Positions 30,490 through 43,097 of a stretch of 64,000 nt of DNA are shown here, piece by piece. The stretch is from an uncultured Verrucomicrobiae bacterium (GTDB taxonomy: Bacteria > Verrucomicrobiota > Verrucomicrobiia > Chthoniobacterales > Terrimicrobiaceae): assembly GCA_963706955.1 (NCBI GenBank), contig CAVPOC010000010.1, positions 128,001 to 192,000 of the forward strand, in the 5' to 3' direction. Made by a program: the position numbers and the translations under genes. Under the pieces are notes generated by a model. The model did no database searches. It saw nothing but the letters and a program-made list of their open reading frames with translations, and was not told the DNA's origin. Position 1 is the first letter of the stretch; every line of letters starts with the position of its first letter.

Positions 30490-31227
30490 TGAAGATTTCT
30501 TTAACAACCGCGCTTGTTCGCGGAGCCAGATGTGTTTAGCGGCCCTGAAATGCAAGAATCAGGGCATGGATGGCAATGGATTCCGCCAGAGCCATACCGA
30601 GGATGGAAACGGTTAGAACGCGCCCGAAGGCGCCTGGGTTTCGTCCCACGAGTTACGGCGAAACACCCGAATGCGGAATTTGTAGCAGCGATGTCCTCAT
30701 CCTTGCGGGTAGGACCATCGGCGGCGGCACCGCTAAAGTCTACTTGGTCTTTTGACCGGTTTCGATCCTCTCTTTAGAGGCCCGAAGCTTTGGATGATAC
30801 CGGTCCGCCAAATTGGGTCGGTCCAGCCCGAGGTCTAGTGCGAATCATCATAAACCAAAGCTCGGATCCGCCGCGAAGATGAAACAAGAGTTCGCGACAG
30901 ATTACGCGCTCTGAGACGTATGTAGCCGATGCGGACGAGTTGTCAGGGCATTACACATTTGTCCTATTCGTCCCCGCGAAGGCGTTACCTGCGCCCACGC
31001 TCTAATTCGCAATTTGTAGCCTTTGCCGACGCTCGAGGAAGCGCCGCTACAGCGCCAAGGGTAGTCAGGGTTGCCGGCATACACCTATTTGTCAGGAGAT
31101 ATGACGGCTCCTCTTCGGCGAAAGAACTCTGAAACTCGGTTCTCCAGATTCCTTTCTACCTTATAGAGGCCCACCGTCACGGCCCAATCAAAATGTCACA
31201 ATCAACGTAAGAAAAAGGAATCACCAG

Positions 31228-31659
31228 ATGCAAATATTTCGGGCAATGTCCGCCGAGGCAAAGCTGGCCTTATTGGCCTTGGTCACCGCACTCGCGCTCG
31301 TCAGCCCATCAATAACCGGTCACACCAGCCAGACCATTGTTAACCCTTATAAGGCCAGAGTTGTTATTCACAACGATACCGGGGTGGCGATCCACTACAC
31401 CCTCAAGTGGGGATCCAGTGCTGAGTGGAAAACCATAACCGTGAACAATGGAATGTTCCATTGGCACACCTACAAATTAGACCCCGACGATCGCGCTCCG
31501 GCACCATTCATCCGCTTCCACAACGCCGTCGGTGGCTATACGGAATATAAGCTGAAATTTGGGAAATTTGGCAACGGTCCGCGAGGCGAAATTGACAACT
31601 CTACGCACTATGAGTTCGCGTTCGGGGGCGGGAGCCGTCTTGACTTGTATTTGAAGTAA
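31228..31659 (+). CDS. Secreted beta-rich hypothetical protein
   Basis: Signal-peptide-like N-terminus, AAGGA RBS, coherent beta-strand pattern. Confidence 0.65.
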   Translation: MQIFRAMSAEAKLALLALVTALALVSPSITGHTSQTIVNPYKARVVIHNDTGVAIHYTLKWGSSAEWKTITVNNGMFHWHTYKLDPDDRAPAPFIRFHNAVGGYTEYKLKFGKFGNGPRGEIDNSTHYEFAFGGGSRLDLYLK

Positions 31660-31940
31660 GCGCGACTCTACTGAGAGTCCTGTGCGTCCGCCAACCGCAT
31701 TCCAAGACAATCAACGCAAATCGGACGAGGTGCAGGGATACTTGACGGGCTACTCAGTCCGTGGCGGTGAAAAGAAGGCCGAGCAAGACTTGAATCACCT
31801 CCAAGTATCCGCAGCATTTTTGTCGCCAGATTTTTCCGGCTAAGCCGAATATTCGGCGCAGACGCAGCTAAACAAATGGCCGGTCCGTGTGAGGAGAAGG
31901 GAAGCTACCTTTCCTGATTCGATCGGTTCCTCTTGGTGAG

Positions 31941-32594
31941 CTATTGCACCTTGCCCTTTGGTCCATACCCCGTTTTGAATTTTCGGATAACAGTGTCCAT
32001 TTCTTGATCTGAGAGAACTATTGGCACGCCTATTTGGAGGCTTAAGAAATATTGCTTCGCGAGGACCTCGACCTCGTTTGCCAGCCAAAGGGCTTTACGA
32101 AGACTGGGACCGCAGGCGATAAGCCCATGGTTGGCAAGTAAGCAAGCCAACCGGTTCTCGAGGGCCGTGACCGCCCCGCGAGAGAGCTCTTCTGTGCCGA
32201 AGGTCGCATAGGGAGCGCACCGAATAGTAGGGCCACCGGCTGCGGCAATCATGTAGTGAACCGCTGGAATATCTTTTCCAAGTATTGCATGGGCAGTGCA
32301 ATAGCTCGGATGGGCGTGGACGATCGCTTGAACATCCGGGCGAGCCAACATGATGTCGAAGTGAAAACGCCATTCGGACGATGGACTGTGCGGTCCGTGC
32401 GGAGTTCCCTCTTTGTCCAGGAAGATGATCTCCTCCGGCGCCATCACCTCGTAGGCGAGACCAGAAGGGGTAATCAGCAAGCCATCATTCCAACGAGCGC
32501 TAACGTTTCCCGAAGTGCCTTGGTTAATGCCTTTCTCTTCCATTGCAAGACATGTTGCGATGATCTCCTTACGGACGAGGGTACTCTGCGTCAT
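31941..32594 (-). CDS. fucA: Class II aldolase (L-fuculose-phosphate aldolase-like)
   Basis: GTSGNVS, ITPSG, PSSEWRFH, HAH, NHG. Confidence 0.85.
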   Translation of the reverse strand: MTQSTLVRKEIIATCLAMEEKGINQGTSGNVSARWNDGLLITPSGLAYEVMAPEEIIFLDKEGTPHGPHSPSSEWRFHFDIMLARPDVQAIVHAHPSYCTAHAILGKDIPAVHYMIAAAGGPTIRCAPYATFGTEELSRGAVTALENRLACLLANHGLIACGPSLRKALWLANEVEVLAKQYFLSLQIGVPIVLSDQEMDTVIRKFKTGYGPKGKVQ

Positions 32595-32670
32595 TCATGT
32601 TGTTATTATGTTTCGTTAAGTTTCGGAAGGCTAAGGTAACAATTTCGAAGGGCGAGGGAGCTCCGCTGAC

Positions 32671-33414
32671 CTAATTATGCGAGCTTGCTGTCTTGCCGCG
32701 CTCACGCGAAGCCAGATCCACCATTCGACATTCTAAATCACGAAAGGAGGCAAGCACGAGATCGGCGCCGGCCGCCGCCAGATCCTTGGCCGGAAAAGAA
32801 GTCGTTATCCCGACGACAAAGCATCCGGCCGCCTTTCCGGAGATGACCCCGCTGACGGCATCCTCAATGACCATGCAGGCCGAGGCAGGCTGCGCGAGTT
32901 TGGCAGCCGTCAGAAGGTAGGGCTCCGGATCCGGTTTTCCGCGCTGGATATCCTCTCCGGTAACTACAGCATCAAAGTATTTCGACAGTCCGAACTTTTC
33001 GAATGCGAGCTGTTGGATGGCACGAGCTGCAGAGGTAGTCAGCCCCAACCGAAAGCCGGTAGCTTTACAACGTTTGACGAATTCAAGCGCTCCCTCGATC
33101 ATTTCCACGACATGAAAGTTTGCGAGCAGCTGTTCCAATCTTAGGCGCCTGATCTCCTGGTTTTCCAGTGCAACTGCCGGAAAAATTTTCTTGAGGAGGT
33201 TAGCGATCGAGACTTCGGGCAGACCTTTGAATTGTTGAAGCTCAGATTCATTTTCAAATCGACGTCCGAACTGGCTGCTCAGCTCGAGAAGAGTAAATTC
33301 GTGCAACGGCTCCGAATTGATGAGCACGCCATCCATGTCGAAGAGAATGTTCGACAATCCCGTAATCGTCGGTTCCTCCCCAAAGGTTCCGTGAGGCGTG
33401 GAGACTTCGTTCAT
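32671..33414 (-). CDS. HAD-superfamily phosphatase (beta-PGM/sugar-phosphatase-like)
   Basis: FDMDGVL, KPDPEPY, IEDA..G. Confidence 0.9.
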   Translation of the reverse strand: MNEVSTPHGTFGEEPTITGLSNILFDMDGVLINSEPLHEFTLLELSSQFGRRFENESELQQFKGLPEVSIANLLKKIFPAVALENQEIRRLRLEQLLANFHVVEMIEGALEFVKRCKATGFRLGLTTSAARAIQQLAFEKFGLSKYFDAVVTGEDIQRGKPDPEPYLLTAAKLAQPASACMVIEDAVSGVISGKAAGCFVVGITTSFPAKDLAAAGADLVLASFRDLECRMVDLASRERGKTASSHN

Positions 33415-33505
33415 ATTGAGAATTTTTTCTTAAGGAGCTTGCCGGCCACTCATCGAGTCGAAGTGCAACAACGCACAACCAAGGCATTCATAAGCGACGT
33501 CGGAC

Positions 33506-34819
33506 CTAGCTACATCCTTTTGCAAAATCTTCGAGTTGCCCGCTGTCCCCAGCTATATCTAGCATGGAGAATCGATCCCGAATAAAGCGGGAATAGCGAA
33601 CCGCATCGCGATAGAATTCGGGGTCCAGCCCGAGATCGGAACCTGTAAGCTGACAGCCCGCCGCTTTCATCGCATTATACAGCTTCTCATAAGGGAGCAT
33701 AACCGCTCTCAAACGCCCCGAGATCTTAGTCCAGTCTTTTTCAAGACGTTGATTGAGGGCTGCAGCAGTTGCTGCATCCAGCGCCTTTCGGGCAGTCTGT
33801 TCGATCATCTCGTTGGCAGCGGCTCCGAAACGCGTGCGCAGGTCATCTCTTGGGATCACGGTCGGCTTCAATACCGGCGGCCGATCGGCGTTGACGATCT
33901 GATTTTGGAGCTTCGACATTGTCAGGGTGGCGACGCCGACCTGCTCGCCATGAGAGGTGCGGGGATGATTCTCGCCAGCGAACATGTCGATGTAATGGGA
34001 GATCATATGCTCGGCCATCGAACCTACGTGGGTCGTTCCGGTGAAGGAAGTCGCCAGCCCCATCAGTGCGGCGATGCGGGTGAGCATGGCCAGGGCCTCG
34101 AAATCGCCGGTGACTATGTTGGCTGCGTTGGCAAACATCGTCTCCTCGTCATAAGCCAAAAGGGTATAAGCGGTTTCATCATAGGGCGAATCGAAGAGGA
34201 TATGCGACAACAACCAGTCAACTTGGGAAGTCGTGCGACAAACTACGTCCGCAAAGGCTGCCGAAATCAGACGTTTCGGACACTTGGAGACGACACCTAA
34301 ATCAAAGAAAACTCCCTTCGCCGAATGGCAGGTAATCGACTTTTTAAATCCTTCGAATGAAACCGAAGCCGTCGGCGTGGTGTAAGCATTCATCGGCGAT
34401 GTCGCGAAGACAGAGTACTCTCTCCCCGTCTGGAATGTTCCGTACTTGACACTGTCACTAATCGTGCCCGATCCGACGGCAATCAGCGCTTCCGCATCCC
34501 GGGTCGCTTCCGCCAATTCGTCCATTCCCTCTGGAGTGATCCGCGGACGAACCCAAACATATTCGCTCACCTTCCCGAGCGGCTGAAGCGCCCGCAAGAT
34601 GCGCTTACCGAGCACTTCGCGCGTCCTCTCGTCGCTGACGACGACAATCGATCGGCCCGGGTGGACGCGTCGAATGAGCTCGGCCTCGGAGCCTTCAAGG
34701 GTGTCGGCGATGACGATGCTTTCTATGGGGACGGTGCGCTTCTGGCCGGTCTTGGGATCCTGCCACCGTCCGGCGACAAGCTCTCCGATGATGCCAGAGA
34801 AATCGTGCATTTGTTTCAT
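33506..34819 (-). CDS. sn-glycerol-1-phosphate dehydrogenase-like (EgsA/AraM family) oxidoreductase
   Basis: AVGSGTISD..KY, SMAEHMISHY, HGEQVG, RDRFS.LD. Confidence 0.8.
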   Translation of the reverse strand: MKQMHDFSGIIGELVAGRWQDPKTGQKRTVPIESIVIADTLEGSEAELIRRVHPGRSIVVVSDERTREVLGKRILRALQPLGKVSEYVWVRPRITPEGMDELAEATRDAEALIAVGSGTISDSVKYGTFQTGREYSVFATSPMNAYTTPTASVSFEGFKKSITCHSAKGVFFDLGVVSKCPKRLISAAFADVVCRTTSQVDWLLSHILFDSPYDETAYTLLAYDEETMFANAANIVTGDFEALAMLTRIAALMGLATSFTGTTHVGSMAEHMISHYIDMFAGENHPRTSHGEQVGVATLTMSKLQNQIVNADRPPVLKPTVIPRDDLRTRFGAAANEMIEQTARKALDAATAAALNQRLEKDWTKISGRLRAVMLPYEKLYNAMKAAGCQLTGSDLGLDPEFYRDAVRYSRFIRDRFSMLDIAGDSGQLEDFAKGCS

Positions 34820-34841
34820 GAGGTGAGGGTCGTGTTTGGAC

Positions 34842-36383
34842 CTAGTGGCCCGGTGTCTTGTCTCGTGCGAAATCGACGAGCCGTCGGTTGATGCCCGCGG
34901 ATGCGTCGAATAGGTCTTCGTAGATCTCCAGCAGGGCGCTATACAGCTCGGTAGCCTGCGGATCGGGCTCGATGGCTTGTGTCTTTCCGGTCATCTTATG
35001 TGCGGCCTCGGATATCGAGGAAAACCATCCCGCCCCAAAAGCGGCGGTCATACCCGCACCCAACGCTGAAGCTTCGACTGTGTCGCTGATCAGCACGCGT
35101 TTGCCCGAAGCGTCCGATAGCATTTGCCTCCAGAGCTGGCTTTTTGCACCGCCTCCAATGGCAACATAGTGGTCGATATGCTGACCACTGGCCGCCTCCA
35201 TGGCTCTCGTTCGCATGACCTGGTCCAAGGTAATGCCTTCGAGAATCGATCGATAAAAATGGGCCGGCTTATGGCTTCCGCTCTGTCCAAAAGTCACGCC
35301 CCGCGCGCTCACGTCCCAATACGGGTCCATGACTCCCGACCAATACGGCTGAATCATTAAGCCGTCGCACCCAATAGGGATTTCACGGGCCGCCGTTTCC
35401 AACCGATCAAACACTCCTGCATCCTTTCGGCCCTCGGGGACAAACTGGTCGACGAACCAGTTCACAAGGAACGCTCCCGTCCGCAGCACACTTTCGAAGA
35501 CATATCCGCGGCCCTGGGCAGCTAGAAGAGTTCGCCATGCTCGATCATAGCGATACTCCGGTGACCAGGAGCCGGAGACGACAGCCGTTCCTAAGTTGAC
35601 ATAAGCACGATCTGTCCTGGTGCAGTCGGTCCCTAGACCAGCATAGGCCCCATCGCCTCCGGCGACAAAGATAGGCAGCCCTTCCCGGAGCCCAGTTTCA
35701 GTGGCGGCCTCGCTCGTCACAGTTCCGAGCAACGTTCCGGGCGGAATTGTCGCTGGCAACCGATCGGTGGAAAGGTCCGTTGCCTCCAGAAGAAGAGGGG
35801 ACCACTCTCTTTCAACGATATCGTAGATGCCGAAGGAATCAGCGCTGAGCCAACCCGTCCGGAATGGGCCGCCTGTTAAACGGCGTCCGAGGTAACACTG
35901 CACGTCTGCGAAACAAACGGTCCTTGCGAAAATTTCCGGTTCGTTCCGTCGCATCCAGTCGAACTTATAGATCGTGGGTGTAAGGTCAGGGTAGCGGCCA
36001 GTAATGCGATGAATCGTTCCAACTCCGATCGCCTCAGAAAGCGAGACGACATTACTTCTGGATCGTTCGTCCAACCAGAGAATGGCGGGATATATCGCTT
36101 CCGCTTTCTCGTTCAGGAAGGCCACCGTCTCACGCTGATGAGCGATGGAGATTGCTTCGATGCGTGACATCTCGACTTGATCAACGCAAAGGCGCAGCGC
36201 TGAACAGCACGACTGCCACCAATCTGAGGGATCCTGTACGAAATGATCGCGGCGCGGATTGGCTATGGGGATTGGAGCGCTTCCCATGGCGACGAGGCCA
36301 CCGGACTGGTTCCACGCGACGGCTTTCGTGCTTTGGGTCGACGAATCGACTCCTATCACCAATCTATCTGTTGCGCTGGTCAT
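34842..36383 (-). CDS. FGGY-family carbohydrate kinase (xylulokinase-like)
   Basis: GVDSSTQSTKA, QRET, WLDER, GGGD, GGGAKS. Confidence 0.9.
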   Translation of the reverse strand: MTSATDRLVIGVDSSTQSTKAVAWNQSGGLVAMGSAPIPIANPRRDHFVQDPSDWWQSCCSALRLCVDQVEMSRIEAISIAHQRETVAFLNEKAEAIYPAILWLDERSRSNVVSLSEAIGVGTIHRITGRYPDLTPTIYKFDWMRRNEPEIFARTVCFADVQCYLGRRLTGGPFRTGWLSADSFGIYDIVEREWSPLLLEATDLSTDRLPATIPPGTLLGTVTSEAATETGLREGLPIFVAGGDGAYAGLGTDCTRTDRAYVNLGTAVVSGSWSPEYRYDRAWRTLLAAQGRGYVFESVLRTGAFLVNWFVDQFVPEGRKDAGVFDRLETAAREIPIGCDGLMIQPYWSGVMDPYWDVSARGVTFGQSGSHKPAHFYRSILEGITLDQVMRTRAMEAASGQHIDHYVAIGGGAKSQLWRQMLSDASGKRVLISDTVEASALGAGMTAAFGAGWFSSISEAAHKMTGKTQAIEPDPQATELYSALLEIYEDLFDASAGINRRLVDFARDKTPGH

Positions 36384-36637
36384 TCGTAATCCAAGAAGCG
36401 TGGCTGCAGCTCTCTCTGACCATCGCCCGGCGACCTCGACACTCTCCCCCTACCCCGGTCCGAAGACCTCCTGCTATATGGTTTAGCCAGAGCGACGATG
36501 AGTTTGAGCCGTTTGTTAACCGAGTATGTGTCGTCCTTTATTACTTTTAGTTTCAGGGCTCAACCACAGCTCCATCCGGGCTGCTTCCTCGATGATCGGC
36601 TTTCGAGCATGTGCACTATCTCTTCCGGTTCCTGGGC

Positions 36638-38173
<1,536 letters not shown>

Positions 38174-38266
38174 AGGCCAATTTTCAGAGGTTAACCACAA
38201 TACAATCGCGATTCCTGCGCCGCGGGAACTTGCCGGCGGTTCTCAGCTCTCCGACCCTGGAATTCA

Positions 38267-39037
38267 CTACTGAATCGTGTAGCCACCATCGACAACCAAA
38301 TTTTCCCCGGAGATCATATCAGCCGCATTGCTCGCCAGAAAGAGAGCGGCCGCAGCGATTTCCTCGGGATAGGCAAATCGGCCGATCGGAATCTTTGCCT
38401 TGAAAGCTTCACCAACCTCCCCGGCCCAGGCTTTTCGTCCGAGCTCCGTCAGCACCACTGTCGGCGAAATCGAGTTAACATTGATGTGGTAACGTCCCCA
38501 CTCGTAGGCAAGCACCTTGGTCAGGCTTATAATGGCAGCCTTGCTCGCGCAATAAGCTAAGTGCTGATCAAGAGCCACCAGTCCGGCCTGAGACGCCAAA
38601 TTAATAATCTTGCCGGAGCGCTGCGCGATCATCTTACGGCCGACAATCTGCGAAATCATATAGGGCGCCTTCAGGTTGACCGCCATGGTAACGTCCCACG
38701 CCTGGTCAGTAAGCTCCTCAGCGGGGGCCAGCAAGACGACCCCCGCATTGTTGACAAGTATATCGATGGAGTCAAATCGACTGCTGGCTTCTTCCACGAA
38801 TTGCTCGATATTTGCGCGGATAGTTATGTCGGCAGCTAAGCCGAGCGACTCTATCCCCTTGGCGGAAAATTCCGCGGCCACGTCGCGAACCGAATCGCTC
38901 TTGTCGATCAGGACCAGCTTGGCACCTTTTTCGGCAAAAAGATCGGCAATGGCCCGGCCAATACCAGCCGCTCCTCCTGTGATCATGGCAACCTTATTTG
39001 CCAATGAGAAATTTGGGTCGATCTTATGACTTGTCAT
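38267..39037 (-). CDS. SDR, GolD/DthD-like polyol (D-threitol-type) dehydrogenase
   Basis: TGGAAGIG, NNAG, ASQAG..AL..H.AYCASK, SPTVVLTELGRKAW. Confidence 0.82.
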   Translation of the reverse strand: MTSHKIDPNFSLANKVAMITGGAAGIGRAIADLFAEKGAKLVLIDKSDSVRDVAAEFSAKGIESLGLAADITIRANIEQFVEEASSRFDSIDILVNNAGVVLLAPAEELTDQAWDVTMAVNLKAPYMISQIVGRKMIAQRSGKIINLASQAGLVALDQHLAYCASKAAIISLTKVLAYEWGRYHINVNSISPTVVLTELGRKAWAGEVGEAFKAKIPIGRFAYPEEIAAAALFLASNAADMISGENLVVDGGYTIQ

Positions 39038-39132
39038 ATTGCCTATCTCCGCAGTCAGTTCGAACAATCACTCTCCGCCAATTTCGTTGGGATGTCTCCT
39101 CTTTGCGTGTCGCCTGACCGGCAAGGCCGCTC

Positions 39133-40161
39133 CTAGGAGCCGCTGATCAATTCTTTTTGATGTTTTAGCAGATCGTCGGCATTTTCAGCGGTAATAACTG
39201 TCCAAGGAATGAAATAGGCTTTCTCGGTTCCACCATTCCAAGGCATTTCTTTTTCCCATTGCTTCCACACGGCCGCTTTCGGCTCATAGGATTCGCCGAC
39301 CTTGGCGCGCAGAGCGATGTCGAGCGCACCCGCGGCCTGGCCTTCGGCGTCTTGCAAGATGCTGAACATTTCGCCCGCCTTGACAGCATTGATGGCATCA
39401 GGCACTCCATCGATACCAACGACGACGAAGTCCTTCACATTAAGGCCTCGGCCCTTAATCGCCTGGAGGGCCCCCAAGGCCATCTCGTCATTCTCTCCGA
39501 TTACCCCTTTGATTTCATTAGGGTGAGACGTCAGCCAGTTCTCCATCAGAGAGAGGCCCTCGGCCCGCGACCAATTGGCTGTCTTCTTCTCGAGGACCTT
39601 GATGTCGGGGTATTTGGCGAGCACGGTCTGAATACCCTTACTACGATCAATTTCAGCCGAGTGGCCGATCGGGCCCTGGAAAATGACGATATTGCCTTTG
39701 CCTCCCATCCTTTTCGCCGCCTCCTCCATGATGATCTCTCCAGCCTTGACGTCATCTGACAAGACCATCGACGTAATGTCTGGGCTGTTCACCCGTGCAT
39801 TGGAAACGACAACCGGTATGCCGGCCTTGGCCGCCTTCTTGATTTGCGGAGCGCTGCCATTGTAATCGACCGGACTCAGAACGATTCCGTCGAATTTTTG
39901 GGTCATCATGGTGGCAATCTGGTTATTCTGGACAAGGGGATCGTACCGGCCGTCGAAGATAGTTACTTCAACCGTGCCGTCCTTAACTGCCGGGTGCTTC
40001 TTGAGCGCAGCCGCCCAGAGGTTAGCAAATTCGGCCTTGAGTCCGTAAACGGCCCCTCCCACGCGCAGTTTGTCAGCAGCAAAGGAGGTTCCAGCGAATG
40101 CGACCACGGCGCATCCCAGTAGGAGCAACGTCGTAACCTTAGATTTTGGGTGGATTTTCAT
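39133..40161 (-). CDS. Polyol/sugar ABC transporter substrate-binding protein
   Basis: Signal peptide, ANWSR, NDEMALGA, GIDG (RbsB-like fold). Confidence 0.9.
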   Translation of the reverse strand: MKIHPKSKVTTLLLLGCAVVAFAGTSFAADKLRVGGAVYGLKAEFANLWAAALKKHPAVKDGTVEVTIFDGRYDPLVQNNQIATMMTQKFDGIVLSPVDYNGSAPQIKKAAKAGIPVVVSNARVNSPDITSMVLSDDVKAGEIIMEEAAKRMGGKGNIVIFQGPIGHSAEIDRSKGIQTVLAKYPDIKVLEKKTANWSRAEGLSLMENWLTSHPNEIKGVIGENDEMALGALQAIKGRGLNVKDFVVVGIDGVPDAINAVKAGEMFSILQDAEGQAAGALDIALRAKVGESYEPKAAVWKQWEKEMPWNGGTEKAYFIPWTVITAENADDLLKHQKELISGS

Positions 40162-40248
40162 ATGTGTTTTTCAGTTTGATGTTCAAATGGAGGGCTCGTG
40201 TCATCCCCGTCGTAGATTGGGCTTCGGAATTGAAATGCGTTGCTTTGA

Positions 40249-41232
40249 CTACTCGTTAGAATGTCGGCTATAATCTAGCAGGACGGCGACCACGATGATG
40301 CAGCCCTTGACAATCTGCTGGTACGCCGAGGAGACACCTAGCAGATCGAGTCCATTGTTGATCGTGCCGATGATCAACGCGCCCAAAAGGGTTCCGGCTA
40401 TACTGCCTACGCCGCCCGACAAACTTGTTCCCCCGATCACCACCGCCGCGATCGCATCCAGCTCGTAGGATACCCCCGCCTGAGGGAGAGCCGAACTGGT
40501 CCTGGCAGTGAGAATCAATCCACCAAGTCCCGCGAGTAAGCCGGCGATAACATAGACAGAAGCGATCACCGGCTTCGTGGCGATGCCCGCCGTCCGGGCG
40601 CTCTTCACGTTTCCCCCCACCGCGTAAACGCTCCGGCCGTAGGTGGTGTGATTCAGAACAACCCAGAGGATGGCAAAAATTAGCAGAAAAATCAGAACGG
40701 GCATCGGCACCCCAAAAAAGAAGCCCTCGCCAAGATTGAGAAAACTCTCGCTCAAGTTTGGGACCGGCATACCGCCCGTGTATGCGTAAGTAAGCCCGCG
40801 AGCCACGCTCAACATACCTAACGTGGCCACGAACGACGGGATCTTTAAGTAGGCGATGATACATCCGTTTATCAGTCCCAAAACAGCGCCCGTGAGGATG
40901 CCGACGAGCAAAGCAACCAACGGCGACTGGGGATTGTCACCGGTCACAAAGGTGGCCGCGACGATGGACGAAAATGCCAAGACCGATCCCACCGATAGAT
41001 CAATTCCCCCGGTCAAGATCACCAGGGTCATACCCATCGCGAGAATACCGTTGATCGATGTCTGCAGGAGAATGTTGCTAATATTCTCTGGCGTTAGGAA
41101 ATACTTGTTAAGGAAAGTTAGTGCGACGCATAGCAGAAGAAAGGCAATAATGATTCCATATTGCGTCAGCCACGCCAGCCGTGACTTCGACACTGTTTCC
41201 TTCGAAGCGGTCTTAGCAGTTGGTTCGTTCAT
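40249..41232 (-). CDS. Sugar ABC transporter permease (RbsC-like)
   Basis: GGIDLSVG, YELDAIAAVVIGGTSL.GG.G. Confidence 0.93.
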   Translation of the reverse strand: MNEPTAKTASKETVSKSRLAWLTQYGIIIAFLLLCVALTFLNKYFLTPENISNILLQTSINGILAMGMTLVILTGGIDLSVGSVLAFSSIVAATFVTGDNPQSPLVALLVGILTGAVLGLINGCIIAYLKIPSFVATLGMLSVARGLTYAYTGGMPVPNLSESFLNLGEGFFFGVPMPVLIFLLIFAILWVVLNHTTYGRSVYAVGGNVKSARTAGIATKPVIASVYVIAGLLAGLGGLILTARTSSALPQAGVSYELDAIAAVVIGGTSLSGGVGSIAGTLLGALIIGTINNGLDLLGVSSAYQQIVKGCIIVVAVLLDYSRHSNE

Positions 41233-41463
41233 TGCATAATCAGGCGCGGCTCACGCAGTGTTAAGAGATATTATCGCATATAAGCGAAGGGGAACGCGCC
41301 GATCTAGAGAGGGCACTTCTTACCTTAGCGAAGGCCCTTAGACGTCGCTTTTCAATATTGATTCTTAGGCAACTCTAACGTCTCTAGCGAGGGTTAGGGG
41401 TCCCGGGAATGGGGTCTTAACTTCATACCGCGTCTGGTTGGGTTCGAGGTTGGAAATTGGCAT

Positions 41464-41525
41464 AACATCTGTACACGCGCAAGCACAATGTGCAGAATAA
41501 ATTACTATTTCGGAACAAATGTACA
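41464..41525. promoter_or_regulatory. Candidate operator of the SorC-family regulator
   Basis: AACATCTGTACA, GCACAATGTGC and AACAAATGTACA clustered in an AT-rich patch between the divergent regulator and operon. Confidence 0.4.
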
Positions 41526-41966
41526 GTCGGGGCGCTTCCAAAAAACTGCCGGCCGGGCATTTCAGCTTTGGCTAGATCCACGTGCGTATCAGCCTGTCGC
41601 TCCCACTCTTGTGGCGACCACCATCTTAAATTTACCGCGTCGGACGTGAGTTTTGGATGAGACTCCCGCCTCTGCTGTTCCCGCAATTGCTCCGGAGACG
41701 TTCTCGCGGCCCACTGCTTTTTTGACCGTGATCTCTCCCAGAGTCCCCATCGCCTCAGGATCGTCTCCATGAGGAGTATTCGTGACAACTGTAGGAGGCG
41801 CGTTGGTTTGATTTAGCAGAGATCTTATCATTTCCATGTGGTTTGGCGCTTTGAATCAATTTGACTTCCTTGAGAACACTGTGGAATTGGTAGTCGCGCC
41901 TGAGTCACGCCTCCGCACGGCGATGAATTGGTCTTGTGCGCGGAAAGATTCCACAGGCACTTGGAT

Positions 41967-42977
41967 ATGAACAATCGAGACAGCATGGTCCCGGAGGCTC
42001 TTGAGCAGACGGTTAGAGCCGCCTGGCTGTATTATGTTGCCGGAAACACCCAGGAACAGACGGCCGAATTGCTAGGCATCTCGCGAGTCAAGGTTAATCG
42101 GCTATTAGCGGAAGCCAAGGACTCGGGCATCGTGAAGATATCGATTGAGCATCGCTTTGCCCAGATGGCCGAGGTGGAAGAGTTGATTCGGACTCGTCAC
42201 AAGCTCTCTTTCTGTCGCGCGACGCCGCCGCTGTTGTCGTATTCTCCCGGTCGTCGAAGAGGTATGCCCTCGCGGGAGAAAATGGAGGCGGAGGCCCCCA
42301 TCGCTCGCCGGGCGGTCGGAATTGTCGCCGCCGATCTGCTGCGGGACAGACTCCAGGCTGACGACAACAGCGTCATCGCCGTCGGCTTCGGCAGAACCAT
42401 CGCGGAAGTTCCGAACTATCTCGTCGGAACGACTAAGCCCAAATTGAAATTCGTTTCAGCGATGGGTTCACTGACGCGCTCGTCGGCGGCCAATCCATTC
42501 GAGGTAGTCTGCCACTTTGCAGAAAGGACCGGCGGCGAGGGTCATTTGCTACCGGTTCCTTTTATTGCGGACAGCGTAGCGGATAAGCAGGTCTTCATGT
42601 CGCAGCGCGTTTTCAAACACACGCTCGCGCTCGCCGAGCAGGCGAGCTTTTATTTAGTTACCCTCGGCCAATGTGACGAATATAGCCTCTTGTTTCGTCA
42701 CCGATTATTGTCAGGCATCGAACTTCAGGATCTCAAACGGGCCGGGGCTGTTTGTGATTGCATGGGAAAATTCTTTGATTCGGAAGGTCAAATTGTCTCG
42801 AGTGATCTAAATGAAAGGACATTGGCCGTCGATCTAGAGCACCTTTATGATCGCGAGGTGATCCTGCTCTGCGCCGGGAGACAGAAGCTGCGAGCCGTTA
42901 AAGGCCTCCTGAAGGCCGGATTTGTGAAAGGGCTCATCATTGACGGAGATACCGCACTCTCCCTCATCGAAGAGTAA
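41967..42977 (+). CDS. SorC/DeoR-family sugar-binding transcriptional regulator
   Basis: AAWLYY...TQEQ.A..LGISR.KV.RLL HTH; GFGRT; LIID..TA. Confidence 0.92.
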   Translation: MNNRDSMVPEALEQTVRAAWLYYVAGNTQEQTAELLGISRVKVNRLLAEAKDSGIVKISIEHRFAQMAEVEELIRTRHKLSFCRATPPLLSYSPGRRRGMPSREKMEAEAPIARRAVGIVAADLLRDRLQADDNSVIAVGFGRTIAEVPNYLVGTTKPKLKFVSAMGSLTRSSAANPFEVVCHFAERTGGEGHLLPVPFIADSVADKQVFMSQRVFKHTLALAEQASFYLVTLGQCDEYSLLFRHRLLSGIELQDLKRAGAVCDCMGKFFDSEGQIVSSDLNERTLAVDLEHLYDREVILLCAGRQKLRAVKGLLKAGFVKGLIIDGDTALSLIEE

Positions 42978-43097
42978 GACCAGGAGAAGTAACGTCGAAC
43001 CGAGTATTCCTTGCATCGAATCCTCCCGCACTGACGACATCATAGCGCGCGGCAACTGGCTGCTGAAAAACGAATCCCTGAAACGATCTTTAGCCAA

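Noticed and set aside
41423..41837. ORFs in the polyol regulator spacer
   Set aside because: No convincing family match; at most decayed fragments
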